Shown: in pieces, positions 23,522-37,412 of the stretch
How positions within the stretch are numbered: position 1 is the stretch's first letter
How the letters are laid out: every line of letters begins with the position of its first letter
Source: Lingula anatina
Taxonomy: Eukaryota; Animalia; Brachiopoda
Direction: 5' to 3'
Assembly (NCBI GenBank): GCA_051362555.1
Contig: CM120646.1
Span: 18,786,001 to 18,850,000, forward strand
DNA length: 64,000 bases
Notes under the pieces: model-generated
What the model saw: only the letters and a program-made list of their open reading frames with translations
Told to the model about the DNA's origin: nothing
Database searches by the model: none
Program-made: the position numbers and the translations under genes

Positions 23522-24892
23522 TTGGATAATAATATAAGTTATAAGTGATAATATTTAGGCAATCCTGGCCACCCCCAGCACCCTGATGTCCCGGGTTCCT
23601 ATACATATGGCAGTGGAGGAGGAGGAGGAAGAGATGACAGACAATACCATGTACCATATACAGACATCAATGACCAGATAGCAGCAGCACTGAATAGGTA
23701 AATAATAATGATGATGAGGAGGATGATGGTGATGTTGATGATAATATTATTTATTTATTTATTTAGAATACAAATTCTGTAAAGGGTTCAGTAGACTAGC
23801 ATCAAATGATATCTTAAGATGAAAATTACTGACAGTTTCAAATGGCCTAAAAAGAATGTTTGTTACTTGTAGGCTCCAACAAGACATGAACAGTGTATTA
23901 ACAAGACTAAACACACTCGAAACACTGTCCATTGTGCAACAACAGGTATTATTTCTACAAATCAAGTTATGACAGGCAAATACAATTGTTGTAAATGTTG
24001 TCTGAGTATAAAATCTGAATGTAAGAGTAATCTCTATGAAATATGTAAAACTTGATCTCCTTTGTTTCAAGTTATTCAGACCTTCAGTTTTGAAGTAGAT
24101 GCTCATTAGATACATGGCTTGTGGATTTTTTCCATGATTTATTAGATAAAGTTTCATATAATTTATTTTCTGTTACATTGTCATCATTAACTTCTGTGAC
24201 ATGTTTTTGCCCTATAATTATGTGCTTATAATATCTTTTACTTGCCTCAGGTTCGGGACCGTGATGACAACACGAGTAGAAAACCAAACCAGGTAATTGC
24301 AGTCTTTAGCAACTATGAAGTGGTATTACAGTAGAAAAGGACTCTATATCTAGTTTTTGTAGACTCTAAACAAACTATAAGCTTCATATAGAGCTTTTAG
24401 CACTCCTATATAAAAGAATGTAGGTAGTTGTTTAGGGCTGAACATTGGGAAGTCCATGGACTATTTTGGGATGATATAAAACTGAGAATGTAACAGAATC
24501 CAAAGTTTTGTCTCACGTATGGTGAAGAGAGGAATCTTTAAGTTAAACTTATGTTTTCACATTTTCAGACCTCTTCTTGGTGGCCATTCCCCAATTTTTC
24601 TGGCAGAACAGTAATGTTTCTACTGGTCTGGCCAATTATAGTACACTGGGTGATTAGGTTTTTATCTGGCAGAAGAAGAAGGCAAGTTAAACATGTTCTT
24701 AAGAATCAAGTATTGTTTTACTGGAAACAAGTATTAATGAGATATCCATCTAAGGACAAACATATTATATTTGCTTTATGAAAAATCGCTTTTTTTGTTC
24801 ACAGCCTTTTGTGATTTGAAGAAAATAGTTTTTCAATTATTATTACCTTGTAAAGAATTTTGAATTATTTTTTCTTCAGGCCAACACGGTGA
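17713..24892 (+). CDS. ACBD5: Acyl-CoA-binding domain-containing protein 5 (ACBD4/5 family, peroxisomal tail-anchored), ~480 aa
   Basis: Exons 17713-17779, 18542-18662, 19046-19118, 21383-21575, 21851-21955, 22213-22301, 22555-22969, 23559-23697, 23873-23945, 24251-24292, 24569-24681 and 24880-24892. Contains an ACB domain (FEAAVKVIQNLPK..FYAYYKQAT..KWDAW), an FFAT-like SDTDSEGEVYCDTSD, a coiled coil (LNRLQQDMNSVLTRLNTLE) and a C-terminal TM segment (WWPF..VWPIIVHWVIRFLSGRRRR). Confidence 0.93.
20972..21127. mobile_element. Non-autonomous hAT-type MITE in ACBD5 intron
   Basis: Termini CAGTGTT...AACACTG flanked by a perfect 8-bp TSD CATGCCCC (20964-20971 and 21128-21135). Confidence 0.8.
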
Positions 24893-27884
24893 AGCATTAA
24901 AAACGCTTGAGATACAAGGAGAACCTAAGCTTAATACATGGAGTCAGTGAATTCTTTTACCACCATGAAGTGAAGTGGATTTCAGACTTAATTCCTAATG
25001 TGGGTTGATACCATATTTGTGCAATAGATGTATAAAATCACAACCATTGTAATGGATGTCCAATAAGTTATCCATCATCTGTGAAGCCTGTAGTAAGTGA
25101 TCATGAGACTGAAATGAATTATAAAAGCCATGTGCCTTTATCTGTTGTATGATATGGCATCCAGTAGGAATGTGCAAGATGACAACACATGATCATATTG
25201 CTGTCTCTGCCAATGGAGGTGGTTTATTCGTTTTATCAGTGTTGGTTTGATTGTAGACAAGAGGCCTCGAAAAGATTTTCATAAATTTTAATGCAATTCA
25301 AATGAGGGACAGTTATTCAGGTAGGAAAGAAGTTTGGACAGTTTTAATCTGGGTTTTATAATATGTATAAAACAATTTTAACTGACTTTAAATCATTGTG
25401 ATACACTGATAAAAAAAAATGTTAGTGACAACTGCACTGAAAATATACCTAAATGCTAAAATGCAAAAAATCAGAAGTAAACGTATGGCTCAGTCTTGCC
25501 ATTCAAAATGGATGTCACAAAATTTGTCAGTGAAACTATATTGAACACTTCCACAAAACACATTGTATTTCATAGATTTCTTGTCATGAAATATATTTTT
25601 TCATTTAGTCTGTAACAGTATTGTGAGTATGCATATTAAATTATTAAAAATGAATCACTCAAGCTGTAATTATTTTGTACTTATGTTCAAAGTTTCTAGT
25701 CATAAGGCAGAAAATCTAAAAAGAACTGAACCTTGCCTTATACTGAATAGGTCACTTCTTCAACATCAATTTAAGTAAGTTTTTATCTTATTTTGTGAAG
25801 AATTTTTGTGTGGACAATACTTGATGGAAGTATATTTTAATATTTCAAATGTGAATATTGTGAAAAAAAAAGGTAAGTTTACAACCAAGAACACAAAAGT
25901 CCATTTCATGAGGAAAATCAGTCTTGCATTTCAAATTAATTATTAAAGTGTTTTGGATAACTGGACCATTTTGAACGCTCATGTAATTTGTAAAGTTACT
26001 TTCATAGCAAAGTTTAAAAGATAAAATAAAAGTCAACACAAGAATCAGTCTTTCCCGAGTTATCTTTCATATCAAAACTTTGTAGTATATACATGTGGCC
26101 AGTACTGGCTGTCCAAGGAAACTCCCGTAAAATGGGCTATATATATATGTAATATATATGTATGATAAAACTAATATCAAATACTCGCTGGTACCCAAAC
26201 TTCTTTGATTAAACTTTCAAATGCAACATTCTAATGACGGCAGGTAACAGTAAGAAAATGGCATCTTTTGTAGAAGAAAACAGATATAAGGAGTTCTGTA
26301 TGTGATACTCATTATTTTATCACTCCGTATAAAATAAAACGCCAACTGAAATGAAGGGCTCAATTTAAATGAGATAGCTTTCAGTGATGATAATAGATGA
26401 AACACACAGTAAAAATTTAACCTCAGGCAAACTATTTCTTATTTACCAAATAAAGTTTCTTCTCAGATATATTTGTTAACCTGACGCACTTGTTTTAAGA
26501 ATGACCATACTGAAATACATCTCAACAATTGGCCGCAGTTTTGAAACCAAACATTATAAATTGGATGAAACTCCTGCTGGTCTAATATCAAAGAAGCATA
26601 TTTTTTAAACATAATTCCCAATTTATCACTAAACTGGATTAGAAATCTGAATAACCTTAATTTTTTCTTCACTTTTTTCTCACTGATGTAAAACAACACA
26701 ATACTGGGGTCCAGTGATGAGAAAAATAAATCTAAATAAAGAATGAAGAGTCGATGGTTACAAAAGAAGTACAACTGACATCTATGTACACATTACAAAA
26801 GTTTACATACAAATGTTCACAATAACATAATTGACGAGCCACATTTGATATCTATCATATGCACATATCTATAAAAATAACATTCACTTACAACACTGTC
26901 ACAGTGAACTATTTACAAAAGTTGACGTCAAGTCACCTAAAAATTTTAGCTGTTTTGTATATACAAGATATACCATGGTGATTAAATGCATTACACCATG
27001 ATCCAACTTTTATAACATTCATCTTGGGGAAAATCCATCAAACTATGTGAAACTAAACCTAAGTTCTAAAAATTGAAAAATATTTATATTTCTACAAAAC
27101 TCTTCAAACAGCACTTCCTTTAGTTTCCTCATTGCAGCCCTGAAAGCTGATTTCACAAGAGAACTTAAAACCTAAAAATTTGGTCCAAAAATTAAGATCA
27201 GAATTTGGTCTACTTTGAGCCAAAATAAACCGCTAATATTCAAGACCAAAACTCTCTTAGACTTCTACTTTGCTACTAAATGAAGTACACCCAAAATTGT
27301 CAGTCAGAAGTTATGTAAAATTGACCCCTGATTGAACTGTATCCATAACTTTTTTTCTGTCTAATACTTTGCTGAAATCTAACAGCAGCGTTGGAAATTC
27401 TATATCATCATCACTTGATCTTCACTAATGACCTGCCTTCCAAACCTGTAACTTTACTTCAATGTCTCAAATTCATAGTATAGAAAGCAATAAGATAAAT
27501 GAAGGCAAACTGCACTGTGTGAGACATGATATGGTTAAAAAAAGCCCCTGACATCAGCAAATGTCCACAATACCTGCAAGACTTTTTGGTTGGCATATAA
27601 ATTTTTTTGAAATCAGGAAATTTTTAACAAAAAATCACATCCCTAACAACCTGGCAGTGTCCACGTACTGAATATGTGTGCTATCAAAACACACATAACT
27701 TACTACACTTTCCAAGTGAACCAAGTATGAGTAAGAGAATTCTTGAAGTGCTGGCAAAGTATTTTTACATAGATAACAACTACATAGCAGTTGGATAATG
27801 AATGCTGTAGTCTGTCTTAGTAAGAATACACTGCCTTACTAAAGCAACTTTTCACGTGCAGTGTTACGCAGTACTGTTTTTTTT

Positions 27885-30800
27885 TCAAGAAGGTGACTTG
27901 GCATCACCACCTGCAATGTTCACTTTTCTGATAATTCCTGGTCGTAGCTGTTCTCTGACTTTCTGTAATTTCTTCTCAGCACACTCGGACACTAATTTGT
28001 TCAGCTCGGCCGCCGAATAACCCAGCAGCATCTTCAGATCACAGACAAATTTATACACAAACCTCTTTCCATGGACCTATTGGCAAAAAGAGAGAAATCA
28101 TTTTTTTGTATTCACACAAGATATTTGCTTCAAATAGCAAAGCTGTCAAATGTACAGACAAAAAGAAGACAATAACAATGCACAAAACAGGCTACTGTCA
28201 ATTCTGATGCAAAAGTACATTATGCTTAACTGCAAATTCAACATCAAATTTTAATTATGCTCAACAGGTAATACCAATGTAAGTGAAATGTGTAACAAGC
28301 GTAAGGATTCAGGCCCATGGGAGTTTAAGTTCACACTTTGAAAATGCCAGAATGAGAAAAATGAAAATTTCACATAAAACTGCTTAAATTCAATAATAAA
28401 TGATAACCCATTTGAGCTGGCTTTCTAATTTGAACTGCATGCCAATCCTACAAATCGTACTTGTAAGTTGAAAATAATAATAAGTAACATAGTTTTCTTT
28501 TCATAATGTTTGTAGTAGCAGTGCAAAAAGATTTTTGTCAATTTTGATGTAACATTACATAATAAATTACAGAATAATTATCACCAATTTTTGATTATTG
28601 ACTACAAATAGCATGGACATGTAGAAAATTTGATTACCATTTGGCTTCATGTCCATGGGAGCTTCGAGTCCCACAATGAATATGCCAACATGATAAAAAT
28701 GAATATTTCACTAAAATGTATAACTTCCAGAAAAAGAAGCCAATTAGACTGCTTTTCCAACTCAGGCTGCATTTTAGTCCTTTGTTTCTTTTTTTAAAGT
28801 TTGACACTCATAAGTAACATGGTTTTCCCATAATGGTCATCATGGCAGCAGCACCCAAAATTGTGTTTTCTTCTATTTTAATGCAATATTACATAATGCT
28901 TAACAGCATAATGACCATCAGTTTTTAATAATAAAAGATCCGTATCGTGGATTTTCAGAAAATGTGACTAGCATGGGTCTTCAAGCCCGTGGAGGTTCTA
29001 AGTCACACCTTGAAAATGCCAATATGTGAAAAATTAAATTTTCACAAAAAGCTGATTAACTGCCAAAAAAAATTACCAAATAGTCTGCATTGCCCACTGA
29101 AGCTTTATTTAAGTCCCATGTTTCTTCTTGTAAGTTTGAGAACAGTAAGTGACATGGTTTTCCTTAAATGGTCATCATGGGAGCAGTGTCCAAAATAGGG
29201 GTGTCTTCAAATTTTGATGCACTATTACATAATGTTTAACAGGATAATTACCATCAATTTTTAATAATAAAATATTAGTATCATGGATATTCAGAAAATG
29301 TTCCTAGCAAAGGTCTTCAGGCCAAAGGAACTTCAAAGTCACACCTTGAAAATGCCAAAATGTAGACAAGACAGCACTGTCCTGAAATGTTTTTTTTTTC
29401 CATTTTTAACAATTTTTTAACACATAACAAAATTAACAATTTACTGCCATTTATATATGATCAACTAAGAAAATTGATGAGATAGGAAAAATATCAATAG
29501 AACAGTGTTTAATGTCCAATTTCCTCCATTCTGAGTTTCTGAACATAGTGAATGAATGAATCTGACAAACTGCAATGATATGAGTTTATTTCCATTTTTG
29601 AAACTCTATTATACAATACATGATAACAAGTTTACCATCATTTTTACATAATCAACTAACAATGTTGTAAAGATGCAGGAATGTCAAACAAACACTTTTA
29701 CGAATCTTATTAGTTAAATAATGAGACTGTTAACATGCCTAAGTATTGAATCTGAGGAAATGTTTAAAAACAGCATAACTTATAAAATAATGCCCCGATT
29801 ATGCTGATTTTCGAACTTGACCTGCATTTTAGTAAGATTGATTACTCCTGTGAGTTTCATGACAACAGGTCTATCGGTTTTCCTTGAAATGTGTTAACAG
29901 TGTTGCACATATGCTGAAAAGTGAAAAAAACAGCATAACTACTAAAATAGTGGCCCGATCATGCCGATTTTCGAACTTGATCTGCGTTTTAGTAAGATTA
30001 ATTACTCCTGTGAGTTTCATGACAACAGGCCTATCGGTTTTCCTTGAAATGTGTTAACAGTGTTGCATATATGCTAAAAAGTGAAAACACAGCATAAATA
30101 CTACAATAATTGCCCAAACATGCTGATTTTCGAACTTGACCTGCGTTTTATGAATATTCATCAGCTCTGTAAATATAAAGCCAAAAAGTAAAACTGTCTT
30201 CCACTTATCGTGTTAACGATGAAAGTGCACGGCGACGGCGACGGCGACATCGACAGGGACGGCGACAGGGACGGCGACGACAGACGCAGGTGATGGCAAT
30301 ATGTACAGACACATCTGTGTCTGTACATAAAAACCAATTTCCTTTCTCCAACAAAATTAACTTTCAATCAGAAGTCCTATTGCGAAACTATTTCTTGACT
30401 TCTTCACATAAATTCATAAGTGTGGAGTTATAAAGTAATCTCCATTTTGATGAAAATAAAAAGCCAATTTCCAGTGACGTCAATACAGACACCAAACAAC
30501 CTTTATAATCCTACCTTGGCGATCATATCTCCATCATAGTAATATCGTAGAGCACGGCTAAGTTTCTCATAATTCATGGTGGGCTTATTTTTCCTCTGAC
30601 CCCACATCTGGGCCACCATCTCTGGGTTGTTCAGCTTGAACTCTCCATTATCTCCAACCCATTGGATCACTTCTCTGCAATCTTTGTCTGTTAGAAGCTC
30701 CAGTAAAAATTGCCACAGCTGTATCTGGCCATTGTTGCCTGTGAAAAATAATAAATCATATATTAATGATGCATCCTGGAAGGTATTAATTCCTTGGACT

Positions 30801-33179
30801 CATCCTGGATGAAGAGCTTCAGTAAAAAAAATTCCCCATCTCTATCCAGTCTCTGTAATTTGACATTATGATATAGCTTAGACTAGATTCAAACAATTCT
30901 TTCTGTCTTTTTTTGGTTCAATTATTTAAAAAAAAAAAATTTCTCTACTAAATAAAATAGTGTCAAATAAGAAAACCTGTAAAACAATTTTCATGCAAGC
31001 ATGCATAACCTTTGGCAAACTTTTCAAGCTTCAAGTGCTTCCACTTACCTGTCCTGTTCCCTGGGGACCAGCCCTCCCCTATCCTGGGAGCCCGAGATTG
31101 CTTGTGGACTTTCCTGGCTACCCCGCCCCCTGCCAGGTCCCCTGATGTTGACACTGTTACCGTGGTGATAGCATGAGGGGTCGGCTGCTGAACTACAGCT
31201 GGAATGATAAAATAGCTGAGGTATAACTAATAAGTACAAGTAACAATCTAGTTTCAATGTTGCTCGAGCATCTGTAAATGGTTGATTTGAGAGTCAGAGC
31301 ACTCCACGAATCGTTTTTTTTTTTCTTTGACCACGTAGCATAATTTTCTATATAATGCACATATGCTTACGTTGATTTCATGTTCTAGTTTGTAAATGTT
31401 AATGGTGCACTCAAAAAAAAAGATAATTAGAATATTAAAAACACAAATTAATACTATAAAATACAAATAAAAAGTCACTCAATCAATTTAAAAGCAAATT
31501 CATAAAACAGCTAAAATATAACAATCCTCCTTGCCCAACACCAAGATTATCCTTTTATAATCATTAAAATCATGCTTTTGTTTACTAAGACCAGGGCAAA
31601 ACATAAACAATCATACCCAATACAAACTAAAATAACTTATAAAACAACATCAACAACAACAACAAGGCAATAGAGGTGGCTCTATCACCAAGAGAAGACA
31701 GGATGTAGTTCCTAGTCTCCAGATCACTCTCTTTTGTGAGCAGAAGTGACTTACCCACAAATTTACACTTCCTGAGCAGCTCCAGGTGTGTCCAGAACAG
31801 GTCCCCCTTGTCATTGGGGATCAGCTTGGAGAAGTCTGGATGGGACATGTCACACAGTTCTTGTCCTGTCACATTGAAGTTCTCTATGTCCACGTTGTCC
31901 AAACCAAACTCTTTAATTGCCCACTGAATCCAGTGTTTGACGTGGGCTTGATTCCAGTGAGAGGGATCTGGAATGCAAAGGAATGACACATACCTTACTG
32001 GTAAATTATTGTAATAAATTTAGAATAGTCTCCAAACATAGAATATGACCTTGCCTGCCTCTCTCCTGTTAGCTCGCTCAGCATCAAATGTAAAGGATAT
32101 GACAATACCCCTCATTGTATTTGTGTGTGAAACCCACCTCCCTCCCTCCCTCCCTCTCTCTCTCTCATATACTCACTAAAACTCAAAACACACTTCTCTA
32201 AGGATAACAAATATGTTAAATCTGTGTCATTTTTACCAAATGGTATTTTCAGCCTCTCTTGTTCCCTCCTGAAATTCTGGTCCACAATCCACCTGGTGAC
32301 ATGTTCAGACTCCTCTGGGAAAGGAATCACCACCTTGGTGACATTGGCAGCTTGTGCGGGCACTGCAATAAACAACAGTGTCAATTACCAGAGAGCCAAA
32401 GAAAAAAGGGGCAATAAAACATTCTTTAAAAAATCATTAGGAGAAATAAAATTGGTTTAAAATGTTGCCACATCTGTCACTTCTGAACAACAGTTTTTCT
32501 ACAGGCTTCATCAAAATCTAACAAACAAATGTCACGGAAAAGGTCACTATTTCCATTGGCTGATATCAAACTGGCTGAATAAACATTATTCTTTAAGATA
32601 CTTTCTTCTAAACTACTTTATATACACACCTGTGGTGGGCTGTTGTACAACTACCTCCTCTGCTGGTTTCAGTATATCAACAATATTAATCCTTGGTTTG
32701 ATGCCTACAAGTAAACAATAATGCAATATAACAATACAGAACACAAAAATATCCTTAAAGGACATAATGACCAAGAAAAATACATGAATAAGAATAAAGT
32801 CAGTATCTCCCTTGTTTTCAATGCTAGGACATTTCAAAGTAAAAATTGTTATTATGGGTTCAGCTAAAAACTCTAAATCCGCTCCTAGTAAGTACCCACA
32901 TGTGAAATATTGAACCAGTTTCTTCACAAGAGAGAAACAATAAGTGTTTTAGGCTGATAACTTAATACAAAACTCTATTAAGTGAACCACTGATGGATGA
33001 TCCTTTACTGACAGAAACCATGCTTTTTTGTCTAAAATCTAAGATTGACTTTTCAACTTTAATTTTTTTCAGGAAACTGTGAAAGACACTGACCTGGCTG
33101 AGATTTCACTTCCACATTAATCTGGACCATGCCTTCTCCCTGTACACACTGCTCCACCAGGTTCTTCTCAGGATTTAAC

Positions 33180-33216
<37 letters not shown>

Positions 33217-34953
33217 TGATAATGATGATGATCTTTTAAAGGTCCCATCAATGTCTCTCTTTTGAAAATTCAACACTAAATATGAGAGGTGATGAAAACC
33301 CTAACCAGTACATACCACAAGCTGCATACCTCCTAAGAAGTGACACTTACAGCTCAATATCTTTTGAATTTTTTTTATATGTAAATTTGGTCAGTTTCCT
33401 CAATATTAGTGTTTCCACACATGAGACATGAACTGCCACTTCCAATTCAAAACTGGCAAACCAACATCTTATTTCCTCAACATAAACACTCAATGGCATA
33501 TGAAGTCCTAGATAACTCGTAACTCTAAAACTTACCAGTAAACTGTCCTGTAGGTAAAACTCGTGTTCTGCCAGCGTGCACTGTAATTTGGCCTCCAACA
33601 GGTGCCTCAGTACATTAAGAGGGTCAGAGATATCCATGTGTTGAACTATGATGTTCTGGACTTGTTGTACTGGTTGTAACTGGATGACATTGCCATCTGT
33701 GTCCACACTGGCAGGAGATAAGGAACAAAATATGACATGATGATAGACCTGAGATCTTGAACAACACAACCACATGGAATAGTGAGACAAAATTAGGGAA
33801 AACAACCAAAATTACTTCAAAAGGGATAAAAAAAATCCATTCAGAGATTATTGTGAAAAAGGTTTAACTTCCAAATAAAATCACATTTTTGACATTAGTG
33901 ATAATACCTGTCATATAAACCCAAACATGTTAGTCTTGATTCAATCTGACATAGCTCAAAGCTTTGGGACTCTGCATAAAATAATGACAGATTGCAGTGT
34001 GTCAATGAATAAGAGCAACAAGAACTTATCCATGTCATTTTCATTTTCTGGTTGTTTTTCTTCAGTTCTGTGATTATAGTAACAGTCTTTTGCACAACAA
34101 CCTGTATTTATCATGTCTTGTATTTTTTTCGTCAATATCTTTTGAAGACCTTTTTCCAAGCACACAGAGTTTCTCCCTTGTTGCTAAAAAGGTTAGTCCC
34201 AAACCACATGAATTCTTGCATTCTAGTCTAGTCTCACATGCCATCATATACAGTAGTAAAAACACCTCTTAATTCAGTGTTATAACACTGGGGTGGTTGT
34301 GAACATAGCTCACCTTGTCTGTTCATCTGAGGTGACAGTGACATTCTCCATATCTTCCACCTGTTGTTCTATGGTGGACAGCTCTGTCTCCTCTCCACCG
34401 TCAACTTCAGCCTGCTGGATCTCATACAACTGTACAACTTGCTCCCCCACTTCTTCTTCACCTCCTTCTACTATTGTTGAAATCTGGAGATCTTCGCTAA
34501 AAAAAAAGTAGGACAAAGCTAAATGAATCAATATAAACCCAAAAGCAAAGATTATTCTGTTAACAACGTTTAAAATGTTGATTTAAAAGAATAAGCGATT
34601 GCATTAAAAGCAATAACCACAGGAAAATATTTCAACGCAGTTTTTTGGATTGTTTTTAACTCTTGCAGCAAACAGGTAACACAACTTAATTCCAATTTAC
34701 AATTTTACTGAACAGTTTAAAAAGGATTTCTCTTTATTCAGCAATAATTCTACTACAGCAAAAATATTGACTGCCATCTTTATCTTTTTAGCCTTTTTTA
34801 GTGTTAAAAGCAATATGTACCTTTCTTTACCTATATAGATCAAGTAGCAGCTACTTACCCAGCACTTACTGTCACCTCCTCTTCAGCTGTCGCCTCTTCT
34901 TCAATTTTAGCAACTTTCTCCACATCTTGAACAGGTGACCCTGCCCGTTTCAT
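27885..34953 (-). CDS. GABPA: GA-binding protein alpha (ETS transcription factor), ~504 aa, 10 coding exons
   Basis: Exons 34953-34859, 34496-34314, 33707-33536, 33178-33094, 32704-32630, 32362-32237, 31967-31755, 31198-31049, 30738-30515 and 28076-27885 are in phase. Contains the GABP-alpha OST domain ([17 protein letters not shown]), a PNT domain ([21 protein letters not shown]), and [22 protein letters not shown]...[36 protein letters not shown]. Confidence 0.96.
28200..29360. repeat. Diverged tandem satellite (~336-bp period, ~3 units) in the last GABPA intron
   Basis: The motif (G)GxTTCAxGxCCATGGGAG..AAGTxCACAC.TTGAAAATGCC recurs at ~28305, 28643, 28977 and 29313. Confidence 0.75.
29765..30333 (+). 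mobile_element. Helentron/Helitron-associated non-autonomous element (HINE-like) with tandem ~160-bp cores
   Basis: Three core repeats (CAGCATAA.. at 29771, 29931, 30090), a (GACGGC)n microsatellite at 30230-30285, and a terminal hairpin ATGTACAGACACA-TC-TGTGTCTGTACAT (30301-30328) followed by AAAAA. The 5' end is not defined. Confidence 0.75.
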
Positions 34954-36089
34954 GGCCTTTAATATAAATACATATAGCACATTAAAAATATTATTCATGG
35001 CCTTCTTTAGAAATAAAAAATAAACAATAATTAATAGAAATAAAACGGACTTTTTTTTGTTTCGTTGCAAATCATTTCGGTAATTTAAGGCCCCCAACCA
35101 TGTAACATTCAGCATCATATAAACATATACTTGTGACATATATAATACTGCTATTTAAGATGACATTTTGTTTTTGATTATTTCAGTAAAAGTCACAACA
35201 GTCAACCAGTACCTAGTTCACACTTTACTAGTTTTTAGACTTTGCAGTATCTGCCATTTTAAGTCGGGTCAAAAGTGGGTGGGTGTGTGGGTGGGTGGGG
35301 CAGTTTAGAAATATAAGCTGCAAATGAGACCATGACTTTTCAGAACATCCAAGCAAATGTTACTCCTTGAATTAGTATAATATTATTATAAGAGTATCGA
35401 GCAACTCTATGCTCGTTGTTCCCTTGCAAACAGTTAAACAAAATATATTTTAACCATTTTATTTGAATCAATACAGCAATTTCAAGGCAAACATCAGAGC
35501 ATTTAACAAATTTTCCTTATTTAGCAAAATATTATTGCTTAGTATGTTGTCTGAATTATGTACTCCACTCAGGTTTAACACAGACAGAGACTCTATCCTT
35601 GAGATATGTAAAATATCGGAAAGTTTCTTAAGTGTATAAGTTTTACTTCAAATCAATGACAAGTACTTTATTTAAGCTGTTTTGAGGTATCCAGGTCACA
35701 GAACTGACCTTAGGATTGAAATGCGAGTGACTAACTCCAATTCTCATTTAGTAGTTCTGACGTTCCAATAGAAAAAAAGAAATAGCTGACTTAATACAAA
35801 GAGGCCACCTATCCAGTAAATTTGTCACCCAAAACTTTCGATCTTGTAGAAACAGACATGAATCCCTAATTAATAAACTTGCTGAAAAAACACAACACAA
35901 CTTTCGTACATATTTCATTCAGATTTTCGAACTCTATCCGCCCTGAATTTTGGACTTGGAATGTGGCTAGACAAATAGAACCCATCCTCAGAAGCCATTG
36001 GTGAACCAGATCCAACCAAATGGATGAAAAATTCACGTACATCACATCGAGTACGAAAGGAGCCAAAACACGACCCATCTACCATGTGC

Positions 36090-36475
36090 GAGCAATTTCC
36101 GGAAAGACATTTGTTGTCTGCTTTTGCACAGACGTAGTAAACTTCCGGCCATAAGGCACAAATTTTTGGCGGAATTTTACGCAGAATTCGACCTCAAAAT
36201 AACCATGGTCGATAAGACCATTACCTGTACAGTAAAGAATAAGACTCACCGTTGATGTCCAATGTATTTTAAAACAAAATAAGATTAAAGTCTGCTTTTT
36301 TGGAGCACAGTTTTCATCAACAGGAAATTGCAGACAAAGGTGTCCGGCTTCCTCAGGAAATAGCTTTGATCACGTGGTAAAAGGTGAAGCTCTCGTGAAT
36401 TCACGCGCTAATTAGTGATATTTTGCAACGCCATCTACAGGGAAGCACACCGCCATTTTGTTGCAGCGGCAGGTA
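36090..36475. promoter_or_regulatory. Bidirectional promoter of GABPA and ATP5PF, including their non-coding first exons
   Basis: Minus-strand donors at 36249 and 36224, plus-strand donor CAG|GTAAGG at 36473. ETS motifs TTCCGGAA (36097), ACTTCCGG (36141) and CAGGAAAT (36321), E-box CACGTG (36371), YY1-type CGCCATTTT (36451). Confidence 0.75.
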
Positions 36476-37412
36476 AGGTAAGAATGGTATTTATATTTAA
36501 AGGCATTTAAGAGCTGTATTTAGATGCTTTATACGGTGACAACTCTGCGTCTTACACCCACTCACACGAAGAAGTTCTTGGGAATAAAATCATACCTCAT
36601 CCAAAGCCAAGTGACGTAAAATAGTAATTTGGATATAAACAGACACTCTTTAGTACGTCTTACAGTAAAGTCTTACTACTCTCTTACTGAAAGTCTTACG
36701 AGTTTCACAAAGCCTTGAAAATTGATTAATTTAGCGCTGCAACTTGAATTCATTTTGTGGCCTTGAGAAGTACTTGAATCTGAGCACCAAGCAATTTGTC
36801 AAAAATTCAAATCTTTTCATTTAACCTTAGAAATATAGTTCATATACTGGCAGAAGGGTAGAATGCCCTTTTTGAGAAACATTTGATTAAATTCTTTTCA
36901 TGTTACAACATTTATGTGTATAAAATACAGAATTTGTATATTGCTTGTCTTTTATCTGAGATATTTACACTTATAAGTGACACTTCATTCCTGCATGAAC
37001 CTGAAGTCCTAGAGTCATCTAGTGACTTACTCTCTAGAGAATATTGAAAGTACCAAAAAAGTTACACAAATGCAGTTTAAGAACATATCCTTACTATATC
37101 AGAGGAATATCTTGATTTGTGGGTCTTATCTGATAAAGACATGTATCATGTGGTTCTGCACTGACAAAAATAAGTTTTGCAGTTTTCTTAACAATTTTTC
37201 AGTTTTTTTTTTACCAGACCCTTAAAACTTAATTTTAAAAATTCAAAGTCGTCTCATAACTGAATTTAGGGGAAAAAACTTACATTTATAAAGTTGTGAG
37301 GGATACTGCAGAAGTACCTTTGTTTCACTGCAGTGAAAAGTGGTAGATGTACATTGTAGCTGTTAGACATAGTAAGCAATGGTTAATCAGTTATTATATA
37401 ATTTTCAGCACC

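Noticed and set aside
29765-30160. Regularly spaced repeats considered as a CRISPR-like array
   Set aside because: The units are contiguous ~160-bp tandem repeats with no unique spacers, in a eukaryotic intron with no cas genes.
31045-31257. 70-aa minus-strand ORF as the GABPA exon frame
   Set aside because: Wrong frame; the acceptor at 31199 gives AVVQQP..SPGNRTG, which joins the ETS exon.
35385-35870. Possible decayed HINE-like repeat in GABPA intron 1 (also degenerate repeats at ~300-780, 14400-14520, 48860-49000, 58490-58690)
   Set aside because: Termini and TSDs cannot be defined by eye; insufficient support for annotation.
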